Below, piece after piece: positions 19,990 through 29,631 of a stretch of DNA of 64,000 nucleotides. The notes beneath the pieces are model-generated. The model searched no databases, was not told the DNA's origin, and worked only from the letters and a program-made list of their open reading frames with translations. This DNA comes from Patescibacteria group bacterium. Lineage in GTDB: Bacteria; Patescibacteriota; Patescibacteriia; UBA2591; JAQUPP01. Numbering within the stretch: position 1 is the stretch's first letter; every line of letters begins with the position of its first letter. The stretch spans positions 30,322 through 94,321 of the forward strand of contig JAQUOF010000001.1 in the NCBI GenBank assembly GCA_028717225.1, in the 5' to 3' direction. Both the position numbers and the translations under genes were made by a program.

Positions 19990-21810
19990 ATGAATATTAT
20001 AGAGGGTCAATATCCTTCACAAGAAGCGGAAGAAGAAGCTTCCCGCATGAAACAAAAAATTAAATCCGGTGAGGCCAAGTCATATCAGGAAGCAGATGAA
20101 CTAATTAAGAGTGAAAATCTTGCAAAAATAGAATCAGAAACTAAAAAATTAATTCAATCTAAAACATCCTATCCTATAGTAGAAAAAACTATAGATAAAA
20201 TTTCATCCGTAAAACAGAAAGTTGATTCTGGCGAAGTTCCTTTATATACTGGAGCAGAAAAATTAATTAATATTGAAAATATTAAAACAGAAACCCAAAA
20301 AGAAGCCTCTAAAAATACAGCAGAAATTTCAAATCCAGACAATAGTGGTGCAGGAGAATTAATTAAAGATGAAGGTCAGAAGACAGAAATTCCAAAGACA
20401 GAAATTCCCGGAGAAAAAAATTTATATTCTAAGGAAGAGGCTCTGGATAAAGCCTCCCGCATGAAACAAAAAGTTGATTCTGGTAAGGCCGCTGATTATA
20501 ACAGCGCACAAACAATGGTTGCTGTTGAAGATTATTGGGCAAAAAACCCGGAAGAGACTTCTAAAAAGACAGCTGCGATTTTGAGTCCAGACAATCGAAA
20601 AAAATTCAATGAAATGTCTGAGAAAGGAAAAGATATTGCCAATCAATTTTTTAAAGGACTTTATAGAATTTCCGGTATAGATAAAATAGTAGATAAACTT
20701 AAAATTACCCATAAACAATCTCAATCGGATCGTTATGAGAAAAAAGCTGTTGAATTTAAAATTCAAGCAGACGCTCTTAAGTTAGAAATTGAAGAGCTGA
20801 ATCAATCCAAAAAACCATTTGACGCTGCTATTGAAAATTTAAAAAAACAGAATCTTCCCGGATCTGAATTATTAGAATTAAAATTAAAAGATTTAGATCG
20901 TCAAACAAATTATTTATTAAATGAAAAAGATAAAATTCAAACAAAATTTGAAGCAAATGAAAGTAAAATGAAATTGTATACGAAGGAAAGGAATAAAATC
21001 GTGGGGAAATTTATTGAACGTTATGATGAAAAACTTGAACCAATGGAAAAAGAACTAGAAAATCTTCAAAAATGCGAGAAAAGAATAGATCTTGATGCCG
21101 CTATAATGGAAGAGAAACAAGCAAAACAAACAGCAGAATTCGACAATAAAGAAAAACAAAAAAAACAGATAGAGGATACTTTACGAGCAACCGGAATGTC
21201 CGAGAAAGAAATTCAAGTATTTCCAGCTATAGAAATACTTAATCAGGGTTTAAGTCAAGGTTATGAAAAGATAAAAATAGAAAAAGAAAATCTGGCTCAA
21301 AAAAAGATGGAAATAGAAAAGAAAATCGCAAAAATTGACGCGCAAGCCAATCCATATAGAGACAAACGCGATGAATTTGCGCGCATAACAGAAGACATAC
21401 CGTTGGAGATGGAGATGGAAAAAAGAAAAAGAGTGGAAGAATTTAAAGGTAAAGAAAAAATAATAGCACATACCAGACAAGAAAATTCAGAAATTATAAA
21501 TGTCGCCGACAGAAAACCGGTCAAAGAAATTAAAGCGGAAGAAACAGAAAAAAACAAAGAAGAATTTGAAGTTTCTTCTTATATTACTGGTTGGAACGCA
21601 TACCTTAAAGAAAAATACAATGAAAATGCTTCTACAGAGCTGATAAATTTAGAAAACTTTTTAAACACAACTGGGTTTCCAAAAGATTATAAATTGGATT
21701 TCTCTTTCTTCAAAAACATCCTCTTAAAATATTGTACATTTCAAGATATACCGACTGATAAATTGAATCAAAATATTGATAAATTTTTTGAAGATAAAAT
21801 AAAAATATAG
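19990..21810 (+). CDS. Coiled-coil hypothetical protein with three N-terminal ~27-aa repeats
   Basis: Repeats ASRMKQKIKSGEA / ISSVKQKVDSGEV / ASRMKQKVDSGKA; E/K-rich heptads. Confidence 0.7.
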   Translation: MNIIEGQYPSQEAEEEASRMKQKIKSGEAKSYQEADELIKSENLAKIESETKKLIQSKTSYPIVEKTIDKISSVKQKVDSGEVPLYTGAEKLINIENIKTETQKEASKNTAEISNPDNSGAGELIKDEGQKTEIPKTEIPGEKNLYSKEEALDKASRMKQKVDSGKAADYNSAQTMVAVEDYWAKNPEETSKKTAAILSPDNRKKFNEMSEKGKDIANQFFKGLYRISGIDKIVDKLKITHKQSQSDRYEKKAVEFKIQADALKLEIEELNQSKKPFDAAIENLKKQNLPGSELLELKLKDLDRQTNYLLNEKDKIQTKFEANESKMKLYTKERNKIVGKFIERYDEKLEPMEKELENLQKCEKRIDLDAAIMEEKQAKQTAEFDNKEKQKKQIEDTLRATGMSEKEIQVFPAIEILNQGLSQGYEKIKIEKENLAQKKMEIEKKIAKIDAQANPYRDKRDEFARITEDIPLEMEMEKRKRVEEFKGKEKIIAHTRQENSEIINVADRKPVKEIKAEETEKNKEEFEVSSYITGWNAYLKEKYNENASTELINLENFLNTTGFPKDYKLDFSFFKNILLKYCTFQDIPTDKLNQNIDKFFEDKIKI

Positions 21811-21840
21811 AAATAATAAATTTAATTTTTATAAATTATT

Positions 21841-22116
21841 ATGACAATAAATCAAAATAAAATAAACGATCAAATTATCCAAAACGCGAGCAACCAGCTT
21901 AATGATTTATCAGATAAAGTGAATAAGATTAATTTAGAAATAGATAAAACAAATAAGGAAGCAAATGAAAAAATTAATAATCTTGATATGGAGATTGATA
22001 AATCTATTAATAATATAAAACAAATCTGCTCTGATTTGGATCAAATTGAAAAAGATGCCGGCGATGAACTGGATAAGCTTGCATTGCAACAAGCGGAAGA
22101 CTTGGCCAGCGAATAA
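21841..22116 (+). CDS. Small coiled-coil hypothetical protein
   Basis: 91-aa ORF, co-oriented with the upstream gene and followed by a terminator. Confidence 0.6.
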   Translation: MTINQNKINDQIIQNASNQLNDLSDKVNKINLEIDKTNKEANEKINNLDMEIDKSINNIKQICSDLDQIEKDAGDELDKLALQQAEDLASE

Positions 22117-22127
22117 AAAAATATATT

Positions 22128-22165
22128 AAAAAAGTCTCTCTGGAAAATTCCAGAGAGACTTTTTT
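22128..22165. terminator. Bidirectional Rho-independent terminator
   Basis: AAAAAAGTCTCTCTGGAA-AA-TTCCAGAGAGACTTTTTT between convergent genes. Confidence 0.85.
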
Positions 22166-22189
22166 AATTTTTTAAATTATATCACTGAT

Positions 22190-23080
22190 TTAAATCTTAA
22201 AAAGATTTTTAAGATAAACTGGCAGAGCGAAAATCGCCTGATGGATTTTCGGACAATACCATTTTAAATTTTTCACCTTGCGTTCTTTTAATCTTTTCTG
22301 AATAATTTCATTTTTTATTTTTGTTGCGTCAATATAATTGCTGTTGATGCTAAAAGCCATTAAAGATCCATATAAAGGAATATATGAGACAAAAACAGAA
22401 GAAAACTTGAAAACAGATTTTAAATTTTTATAAATCCATTTTGACAATTCCGGCCGAGTGGTCGCCAAATCCAAATGCGTCATAAAAATGCCGTTTTTCT
22501 CCAATTTTGAAGAAATTTTCCGGTAAAAACTTCTTGTATAGAGTGCTTTTGACGGGCCGATCGGATCGGTTAAATCGGAAATAATCAGATCAAATTTTTC
22601 TTTTGTTTCTTCCACAAATTTTTTGCCGTCACCGACAATAATTTCAACTTTGGGATTTTTAAATGAATTTTTGTGAATAAATTTTAAATATTTTTTGGAA
22701 AAATCAATTACTTCTTGGTCTATTTCCACCATTATCACTTTCTTAATTGAATAATGCGATAAAACTTGCCGCAAAATTCCGCAATCTCCGCCACCGATAA
22801 TCAAAACTTTTTTCGGGTTGGGATGCGAAAACAGAGCCGGTTGTGTCATTGCTTCGTGATAAAAAAATTCGTCTTTTTCCGAGGTCTGAAAATAGCCGTC
22901 CAGTTTCAACAATTTACCCAACCATGGCGTTTCATAAAGTTCAATTTTTTGGTACTTGGTTTTGCCTTTATAAATAAGCTTGTCATAAGCAAAACCATAA
23001 GCATAATTATAATTCGCTTTTTTGCCTTCAAGAATTTTTCCTGTTGGATGAAATTCAAATGTATATTTTTTTTCTTTCAT
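22190..23080 (-). CDS. speE: Polyamine aminopropyltransferase (spermidine synthase)
   Basis: LDG.FQ.SE.DEFFYHE, VLIIGGGDCG, VEID, DLTDP. Confidence 0.92.
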   Translation of the reverse strand: MKEKKYTFEFHPTGKILEGKKANYNYAYGFAYDKLIYKGKTKYQKIELYETPWLGKLLKLDGYFQTSEKDEFFYHEAMTQPALFSHPNPKKVLIIGGGDCGILRQVLSHYSIKKVIMVEIDQEVIDFSKKYLKFIHKNSFKNPKVEIIVGDGKKFVEETKEKFDLIISDLTDPIGPSKALYTRSFYRKISSKLEKNGIFMTHLDLATTRPELSKWIYKNLKSVFKFSSVFVSYIPLYGSLMAFSINSNYIDATKIKNEIIQKRLKERKVKNLKWYCPKIHQAIFALPVYLKNLFKI

Positions 23081-23098
23081 ATAATAATTCTCTCTCTT

Positions 23099-23269
23099 AT
23101 AGTAAAATTTGTCTGAACGAAATCGCGGAAAAGCCTTAGAAAATTAAGGAGTTTTATTGAAAAATTCATCTGTCTGACGACCTATTCGGGAGGAGTTATG
23201 AATTTTTCAGAATAAAGCGAGTATAATTTTCAAGGATTTGGAGCGTTGAGTGAAAGTAAATTTTACTAT
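23099..23269. mobile_element. MITE-like element (171 bp)
   Basis: Perfect 12-bp terminal inverted repeats ATAGTAAAATTT/AAATTTTACTAT containing TA near each end; internal pairing TGAAAAATTCAT/ATGAATTTTTCA. Confidence 0.6.
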
Positions 23270-24336
23270 TATTTCCTCAGTTTTTCACCGAATAAAAATC
23301 TGGTCATTCCGCCGGACAAAAACCACTTGTCTTCTATCATAATATTGTCGTAAAATTTTTCCGCCGAATTTTTAATGCATTTCAATTTTTGCGTTTCCAA
23401 AATATTTCCCGCGCAAGCCGACCAAGCCGGCACTTTTATTTCATGCAGCAATTTCATCATTTCATTGTAGAATTTCTTGAATTTCACTTCTGATGCGGAA
23501 ATAATATCAACCACCGCGTAATCAATTTTTTTGTCTTTTAAATAAGGGATGGTTTCAAGCGCGTCGCCGTAAAACATTTTCAAACGCGGATCGCGCAAAA
23601 CTTTATTCGCTCCCAAATATTTTTTGGCGATTTCCACCACTTGCTGGTCTTGTTCAAACATATAAATATCTTTCAAATGTTTATTCGGAATTATTTTTTT
23701 CAAAACCGAGCAATCGCCGCCGCCGATGATTAAAACCGATTCTGCTTTGATAAGTTTCAATTTTTTCAACATTTGATCATCATAAAAATTTGAGTCAGTT
23801 GTTGCGTATTGCAAAATGCCATTTGAGAAAAGACAAGTGCCGAGCTTTTTTGTCCTGACTAATTCCAAATTTTGATACGGAGTCTGTCGCTTGTGAATAG
23901 TCCTTATCACCTCTATTTCGCGCCTAAATCCTTCGCTTTGCAAGATTGTCTTCCATTGACGCATTGTCCCTCTTTTAATAAACGTCCAACTTACATCTTT
24001 GGCGCCGATTTTTTCCTGCAAATAATCAAGGATCGGTTCCGGTTTATTCGCGCCGCAGGTAAAAATATCAATGCCGACATAGCCGATTTCCGGATAAGTA
24101 TGCACGCTGATATGACTCTCGGCCAAAATTCCGACAATCGTTATTCCGACCGGTGAAAACTTTTTGGAAACCAAATTTAACAAATGATGATTTGTTTTAT
24201 GAATCGCTTCTTGAACCAATCTTTTTAAAAGCTGCTCATCATTAATTATTCGCGCATCGCAGCCCTTTAAGTCAGCGATAATTTCTCTGCCAATACGATA
24301 ACTTCTTTTTAAATGAATCTTTTTTGATTTTGCCAT
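23269..24336 (-). CDS. speD: S-adenosylmethionine decarboxylase proenzyme fused to a degenerate spermidine-synthase-like domain
   Basis: FSPVG...LAESHISVHTYPE.GY...DIFTCG (pyruvoyl ESH site); C-terminal TPYQ, VLIIGGGDCS. Confidence 0.85.
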   Translation of the reverse strand: MAKSKKIHLKRSYRIGREIIADLKGCDARIINDEQLLKRLVQEAIHKTNHHLLNLVSKKFSPVGITIVGILAESHISVHTYPEIGYVGIDIFTCGANKPEPILDYLQEKIGAKDVSWTFIKRGTMRQWKTILQSEGFRREIEVIRTIHKRQTPYQNLELVRTKKLGTCLFSNGILQYATTDSNFYDDQMLKKLKLIKAESVLIIGGGDCSVLKKIIPNKHLKDIYMFEQDQQVVEIAKKYLGANKVLRDPRLKMFYGDALETIPYLKDKKIDYAVVDIISASEVKFKKFYNEMMKLLHEIKVPAWSACAGNILETQKLKCIKNSAEKFYDNIMIEDKWFLSGGMTRFLFGEKLRK

Positions 24337-24390
24337 AATTGTCGAAATTTATTGAGTGTAGCGAAATAAATTTCGCTACAATTATGAGCA

Positions 24391-24504
24391 CCCCGCCTCA
24401 AATCTCTAGATAAAATTAATCTAAAGATAAAATAAGCCGAAGGCGCTCCCGTGAATTAAATTAATTATTTTTTTATAAACTCCCTTTGGATTTGGGGCTG
24501 GGGG
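24391..24504. mobile_element. Degenerate MITE-like inverted repeat (CCCC-ended family)
   Basis: CCCCGCCTCAAATC ... GATTTGGGGCTGGGGG; no clear target duplication. Confidence 0.4.
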
Positions 24505-24548
24505 TTGCCCTTATTTACTTAATTAGTTTATTTACTTATTAACTTGCC

Positions 24549-26108
24549 TTATAATACTTCTTCTAATTTTGTTCTATATTGAATGGCTTCGGCAATGTGA
24601 TTAAAAGTAATTTCTTTGTCTCCGGCCAAGTCGGCAATAGTTCGGGAAACTTTTAAAATCCGGTGATAAGCGCGAGTAGACAAGGCAAATTGATCAATGG
24701 CTTTTTTTAATAATTCATGGCTCTTATCATCAACTTGGCAGAACTTTTTCAATTGCGGCAAAGTCATTTCGGCATTGGTCAAAACTTTTTTCTTGGACGA
24801 ATCATTTTTAAATCTTTTAGTCTGAATTTCTCTCGCTTTTTCCACTCTTTTTCTGATTTCTTTTGAACTTTCAGCCACTTTTTCATTGGTTAATTTTTCA
24901 AATTTAAGACGAGGGATTTCAAGATGCAAATCAATTCGGTCCAACAATGGCCCGGATATTTTTTTTCGATATTTCGTAATTTCGCCAATACCGCAGCGAC
25001 AGGGCTTTTCAGGGTCGCGATAATATCCACAAGGACAAGGATTTTGAGCAGCAATTAAAATAAATTTTGCCGGAAAAACCAAAGCGCCTCTGGCCCGAGA
25101 AATAGAAATTATTCCGTCTTCCAAAGGCTGACGCAAGCTTTCCAAAACATGACGGGAAAATTCCGGCACTTCATCTAAAAATAAAACTCCCCGATGAGCT
25201 AAACTGATTTCGCCCGGTTTGGGAATTTGTCCTCCGCCAACCATGGCTACGTCAGAAATAGTGTGATGAGGAGATCGAAATGGCCTTTCAAATTTTAATT
25301 CACCTTCTGTCAAAAGTCCGGCCACGCTGTAAATTTTTGTCACATCCAAAATTTCTTCTTTGGACATTTTCGGCAAAATTGAAGGTATGGTTTTTGCCAA
25401 AAGAGTTTTTCCTGAACCCGGCGCGCCGCTCATTAAAATATTATGTCCGCCGGCTGCCGCGATTTCTATTGCTCTTTTTGCCTGTTCTTGGCCTTTAACA
25501 TAGGCCATGTCAAACTCATATTCCGTTTCTTTTTCCAAAACATTAATATTTTCACCGACAAAAGGTTTAATTATTTTTTGTCCTGTCAAATGACTGATTA
25601 AAGAATTTAAAGAATCAAGCGGATAAATTTTAAAATTTTCATTTTCTATTAAAGACGCTTCTTGCGCGTTGGAAGCGGGCAGAAAAATATTTTTTATGCC
25701 TTTTTCCGCGGCTAAAATCGCCATTGGTAAAACTCCTTTAGAATGACGAAGTTCACCATTTAAAGCCAATTCGCCGACAAACAAACTTTTTTCTTTTAAA
25801 AAATCAGTTGGGAGCTGATTTGAAGCGATTAAAATTCCAACTGCCATTGGCAAATCATAAACCGAACCTTCTTTTTTTACATCAGCCGGCGCCAGATTAA
25901 TCGTTAAACGTTTTTTACGCGCATCCGGTAAAAATTTCAAGCCGGAATTAATAATGGCCGAGCGAACTCTCATTTTTGATTCTTCAATCGCCCGATCAGG
26001 CAAGCCGACAATATCAAAACAAGGAAATCCGCTTGAAATATCCACTTCAACTTCCACTAAATTTGATTCTAATCCGACATTAACTGCCGAAAAAATTTTC
26101 GCTAACAT
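24549..26108 (-). CDS. comM: YifB/ComM family Mg-chelatase-like AAA+ ATPase
   Basis: IVGLPD, NLAPAD..KEG..YDLP, GAPGSGKT, PGEISLAH.GVLFLDE, NPCPCG, ISGPLLDRID. Confidence 0.93.
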   Translation of the reverse strand: MLAKIFSAVNVGLESNLVEVEVDISSGFPCFDIVGLPDRAIEESKMRVRSAIINSGLKFLPDARKKRLTINLAPADVKKEGSVYDLPMAVGILIASNQLPTDFLKEKSLFVGELALNGELRHSKGVLPMAILAAEKGIKNIFLPASNAQEASLIENENFKIYPLDSLNSLISHLTGQKIIKPFVGENINVLEKETEYEFDMAYVKGQEQAKRAIEIAAAGGHNILMSGAPGSGKTLLAKTIPSILPKMSKEEILDVTKIYSVAGLLTEGELKFERPFRSPHHTISDVAMVGGGQIPKPGEISLAHRGVLFLDEVPEFSRHVLESLRQPLEDGIISISRARGALVFPAKFILIAAQNPCPCGYYRDPEKPCRCGIGEITKYRKKISGPLLDRIDLHLEIPRLKFEKLTNEKVAESSKEIRKRVEKAREIQTKRFKNDSSKKKVLTNAEMTLPQLKKFCQVDDKSHELLKKAIDQFALSTRAYHRILKVSRTIADLAGDKEITFNHIAEAIQYRTKLEEVL

Positions 26109-26117
26109 AATGGTCAT

Positions 26118-26208
26118 TGGTTATTAGTCTTCGGTTTTAGTTTGCTAGTTTTTGGTTTTAAACTGGCAACTGAATAACTATAACCATCAACTAAAAACTG
26201 CAAAACTA
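26118..26208. repeat. Inverted array of degenerate ~7-bp units
   Basis: Left arm (RGTTTT..)n, right arm (AACT...)n between deoC and comM. Confidence 0.6.
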
Positions 26209-26212
26209 TTTT

Positions 26213-26848
26213 TTACTTTAATAAAGACCTGGTGCCGATTCGATTTGCTCCGGCCTTAATCATTTTCAAAACCGTTTCTTTATCGCGAATATAACCCGAG
26301 GCCTTTACGCCAAAATTAGGACCGACGGTTTTGCGCATCAATTTAATATCTTCTTCTTTTGCGCCGGTTGGTCCATAACCGGTGGAAGTTTTAACAAAAA
26401 CCGCTCCGGACGACTTTACTATCTGACAAATTTTTTTAATTTCATTTTTGGTCAAATAACAAGTTTCAATAATCACTTTAACTGATTTCGGTTTTGCCGA
26501 TTTAACCACCATTTTTATTTCATTTAAAACATATTGATAATTTTTTTCTTTAAAAACGCCGATGTTCATCACCATGTCAATTTCGTTTGCTCCGTTTTTA
26601 ACCGCTTGTTTGGCCTCGGCTGCCTTAATTTGACTGGTGGTTGTGCCATGTGGAAAACCAACCACGCTGATTAATTTTATTGACGAGTTTTTCAAAAAAC
26701 TTTTTACCAATTTTACTCTTGAAGAAGTTACACAAACGGAAAAGAAGCCGTATTTCTTGGCTTCCCAACATAGTTTTTTAATATCAGAACTCTTGGCAAT
26801 CGGACTTACATTCGTATAATCAATAAATTTTGTAATGTCTGTTTTCAT
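26213..26848 (-). CDS. deoC: Deoxyribose-phosphate aldolase
   Basis: VVGFPHG, GANEIDMV, KVIIET, FVKTSTG, VKASG.IR, RIGT. Confidence 0.95.
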   Translation of the reverse strand: MKTDITKFIDYTNVSPIAKSSDIKKLCWEAKKYGFFSVCVTSSRVKLVKSFLKNSSIKLISVVGFPHGTTTSQIKAAEAKQAVKNGANEIDMVMNIGVFKEKNYQYVLNEIKMVVKSAKPKSVKVIIETCYLTKNEIKKICQIVKSSGAVFVKTSTGYGPTGAKEEDIKLMRKTVGPNFGVKASGYIRDKETVLKMIKAGANRIGTRSLLK

Positions 26849-26856
26849 TTTTTAAA

Positions 26857-27639
26857 TTAAATAAGTCTGTCTTTCCCAACAATTAATTTTAAAACCTGGG
26901 GGGCGACTTCAATTATGGCAGGAGTTTTAACGACTTTATTTTGGTCAACTTTAATAAATACCTCATCGCCTTCTTTTTTGGATTCAACTCTCAATTTTTT
27001 GACGAAAAATAAACTGTCTTTTTTGTCTTTGCCTTTTATAAAAAGAAAGTCCTTGCCCGAATTTCCCAATAAAACTTCCAAATAATTATCTTTCGGGTTA
27101 GAAACCGTTTTTTTAAAATCAGGATCTTGAGACATTTTTTTAAATTGCAAAAAATCCAAATTGATAACTTTTGTCAAATTAATTCCCGTAGGATTAATTT
27201 GATATTGCTCATCGCAAATCAATCGAGTTTGAGTTGGATTAAATTCCAGAGAAGAAAAGAAATGCTGTCCGTTAATCATACCCAAGCTTACATCTTCAAT
27301 TCGGCGGGATGAAATCACGTCGCAAGCGAATTCGTTGGTCGGCAAGCCCAAAATATGAGCCATGGCTGAATTTGACTGAGTGGGGATGAAGCCCAAAACC
27401 GCTTTTTGATTAGCCATGGGGATAGCCGCTTGAATAAAGGTTTCATCGCTCCCGACAATTACCACGGTTGGATTTTTATCCCTTAAACTTTCTTTAATAA
27501 TATCCGAGATGCTTTTTAAAATTGAAAAACGGATTTTTTTACCGGTAATACCTAAATTAGCCAATCGAATTTCTATTTCATTGACTTGTTTTTCGTACCT
27601 TTTCTCAGATAAAAAAGAATCGTAAATGTAAAAATACAT
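26857..27639 (-). CDS. Diacylglycerol-kinase-like protein (degenerate GGDG motif)
   Basis: VVIVGSDET, LGFIP, ..LGLP pattern; start placed at MYFYIYD. Confidence 0.6.
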   Translation of the reverse strand: MYFYIYDSFLSEKRYEKQVNEIEIRLANLGITGKKIRFSILKSISDIIKESLRDKNPTVVIVGSDETFIQAAIPMANQKAVLGFIPTQSNSAMAHILGLPTNEFACDVISSRRIEDVSLGMINGQHFFSSLEFNPTQTRLICDEQYQINPTGINLTKVINLDFLQFKKMSQDPDFKKTVSNPKDNYLEVLLGNSGKDFLFIKGKDKKDSLFFVKKLRVESKKEGDEVFIKVDQNKVVKTPAIIEVAPQVLKLIVGKDRLI

Positions 27640-27697
27640 ACCAAAATTATTTGAAAATTTAAGCTGAAAGCGCAAAATTTTTAACTATAATTTTGCG

Positions 27698-27798
27698 TAC
27701 CGAGCACTCAGTATAATTTACAAAATTTCTCTTAAATTACTTAAATTAAAATAATTATACTGGAATTATCTTCAATAAGTTGGGCTGAGTGCTTGGTA
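27698..27798. mobile_element. MITE-like element (101 bp)
   Basis: 14-bp terminal inverted repeats TACCGAGCACTCAG/CTGAGTGCTTGGTA (1 mismatch), TA at both ends, AT-rich interior. Confidence 0.6.
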
Positions 27799-27840
27799 AA
27801 GGTTTTGTAGTTCCGACTTAACGTCCGGAGACAAAGCCCT

Positions 27841-28233
27841 TTATATCTCCTCTGCTTTTTCTCTTTTATGTCCGGAAGTTGACGAGCCCTTGCCAACGCT
27901 GCAGCGGCCGCTTAAAGTCGCGCCTTCTTCCATGGAAAGAATTTGGCAATTGATATCGCCGGCGACATTAGCCGTGGAAGCCATTTCAATTTTATTGGAC
28001 ACTTCTAAATTTCCCTTAACCACTCCGGCCACGGAAATATTTTGGGCTTTAATGTCGGCTTCAATTAAACCGCCTTGTTTTAAAATCAAATCGCTTTCGG
28101 TTTCAACCGAACCGATGATTTGTCCTTTGACCACCACGTCTCCGGCGGCCACGAAAGTTCCTTCAACTTTTACCCCGGCGCCGATGATTGTCTCGGTGTC
28201 TTCGGGTTTCATTTTTGCGTCTTTTTCAAACAT
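27841..28233 (-). CDS. Bactofilin (polymer-forming cytoskeletal protein)
   Basis: TIIGAGVKVEG...V.G.I.G...G.V.GN...A.V.GDI...L.MEEGA.L.G.C beta-helix pattern. Confidence 0.9.
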   Translation of the reverse strand: MFEKDAKMKPEDTETIIGAGVKVEGTFVAAGDVVVKGQIIGSVETESDLILKQGGLIEADIKAQNISVAGVVKGNLEVSNKIEMASTANVAGDINCQILSMEEGATLSGRCSVGKGSSTSGHKREKAEEI

Positions 28234-28388
28234 AATATTTTTTAGTTAATTATTAATTAAATTAAAGACATGATATTAAATTATAATAGAATAATTTTAA
28301 TAGTCAACCTTTTTATACCCTCCCAATTGACAAAAACCTTTTTATCATTTATAGTATTGAATATAAGATTTTAACTAAATATAAAAAT

Positions 28389-28595
28389 ATGGCTCAAACA
28401 ATAAAAATCTCCGACGAAACAAAATTAAAAACCGCTCCAGACACGAGCGATTACATTCGCAAAGGATTAAAAAAAGTATTTTGGACAACCACGATTTTAA
28501 TTTTGGTTTTAATTGCTTTGGAAATCATAAACAGACAAACCGGTTTTCTGACTCACCTTTCCGAATCATTGATGGGGAAATTGATCAAGCAGTAA
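28389..28595 (+). CDS. Small single-TM hypothetical protein
   Basis: 68 aa with one hydrophobic helix; TTGACA-N17-TATAGT promoter at 28327-28355. Confidence 0.6.
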   Translation: MAQTIKISDETKLKTAPDTSDYIRKGLKKVFWTTTILILVLIALEIINRQTGFLTHLSESLMGKLIKQ

Positions 28596-28599
28596 TTTC

Positions 28600-28719
28600 A
28601 AGCTGATAAGTTGGCAAGCTAATAAGTAGATAAGTAAAAAGGCAATAAAAAATTACTTATTTGCTTATCATCTTGCTTGCTTACCAGCTTATTTTATTAG
28701 CTTATCAGCTTATTTACTT
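28600..28719. repeat. Inverted array of degenerate octamers (AAGCTRAT / TTAGCTTA)
   Basis: aagctgat aagttggc aagctaat aagtagat ... gcttatc gcttacc agcttat; same unit as 4795-4901 and 14421-14452. Confidence 0.7.
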
Positions 28720-28725
28720 CCTTCC

Positions 28726-28798
28726 GCCCTCGTAGCTCAATGGATAAGAGCAAATCCGTCCTAAGGATGAGATAGGGGTTCGATTCCTCTCGGGGGCA
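28726..28798 (+). tRNA. tRNA-Arg(CCT)
   Basis: Cloverleaf: GCCCTCG/CGGGGGC acceptor, GCTC/GAGC D stem, CCT anticodon, GGTTCGATTCC T arm; CCA not encoded. Confidence 0.9.
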
Positions 28799-28813
28799 TA
28801 TAAACCCACAAAT

Positions 28814-29080
28814 ATGCATTATTATCTGATAATTTATTACTTGGCTGGCGTTTTGCAGGATTTTTTATGCACTCTAAATTGGAGATTTATAAACAAAGAA
28901 AAGGTTATTCCTGCAGCTGTTTTTTCTTTTGCTTTGACAATTGTATCAATGCTCGTGCTTTATAATATTTTGACTCAACTTGATAAAGAAAGGAGCATAT
29001 TAGCGATTATCGTTTACGCGCTGGGCATTGGAACCGGAACAATTCTTGGTATGAAAACCAAAATCAATTCCAAAAAGTAA
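28814..29080 (+). CDS. Small membrane protein (DUF5698/DUF2179-like)
   Basis: Three TM helices with YALG.G.GT.LG motif. Confidence 0.6.
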   Translation: MHYYLIIYYLAGVLQDFLCTLNWRFINKEKVIPAAVFSFALTIVSMLVLYNILTQLDKERSILAIIVYALGIGTGTILGMKTKINSKK

Positions 29081-29100
29081 TTCAAAATTTACATAAAATA

Positions 29101-29135
29101 AAAAAGGGGCTGAATTTTTTCAGACCCCTTTTTTT
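29101..29135. terminator. Bidirectional terminator
   Basis: AAAAAGGGGCTGAA...TTCAGACCCCTTTTTT between convergent genes. Confidence 0.7.
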
Positions 29136-29136
29136 G

Positions 29137-29631
29137 TTACTTTTTCTTTGTTCGTTCAATTTCCTTTTCCAATTCTTCCTTTCTCCGAAACAATTCAGGG
29201 AACTTACGCCGAGCCCATTTCTCTCCTAAAGATTTCTGGTGTATAAGATCATCAAGAATTAAAGCAATAATAACTAAACAAATACCTAAAGCCAATGGTA
29301 GCCCCCAAATAATACCCCTAATACAAAGTACGAGTACGAATCCTCCTATTATAAGGATTAGTGCGATGCGTAAAAGTGGACCAACAATTTTATCTAACTT
29401 TTGGGATTGAATTTCCCGCTTTACTTTTTTCAATTCCTGAACCATTTTTATATTCTCTCCAGTCGTCAAACAATATTTTAATGGACTGACATGAAATTCA
29501 CCGCAAATCGGACATTCCGTCAATAAAATTTCGCCGCACTTGCTGCACTGGATGGTATCTTGAGAAGTATTGTCATTCTCATTTTCAATTGTTACAATTT
29601 CAAATCTCTCGCTCCCGCATTTGCATTTCAT
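29137..29631 (-). CDS. Zinc-ribbon membrane protein
   Basis: CKCG, CSKCG, CPICG motifs followed by two TM helices. Confidence 0.7.
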   Translation of the reverse strand: MKCKCGSERFEIVTIENENDNTSQDTIQCSKCGEILLTECPICGEFHVSPLKYCLTTGENIKMVQELKKVKREIQSQKLDKIVGPLLRIALILIIGGFVLVLCIRGIIWGLPLALGICLVIIALILDDLIHQKSLGEKWARRKFPELFRRKEELEKEIERTKKK

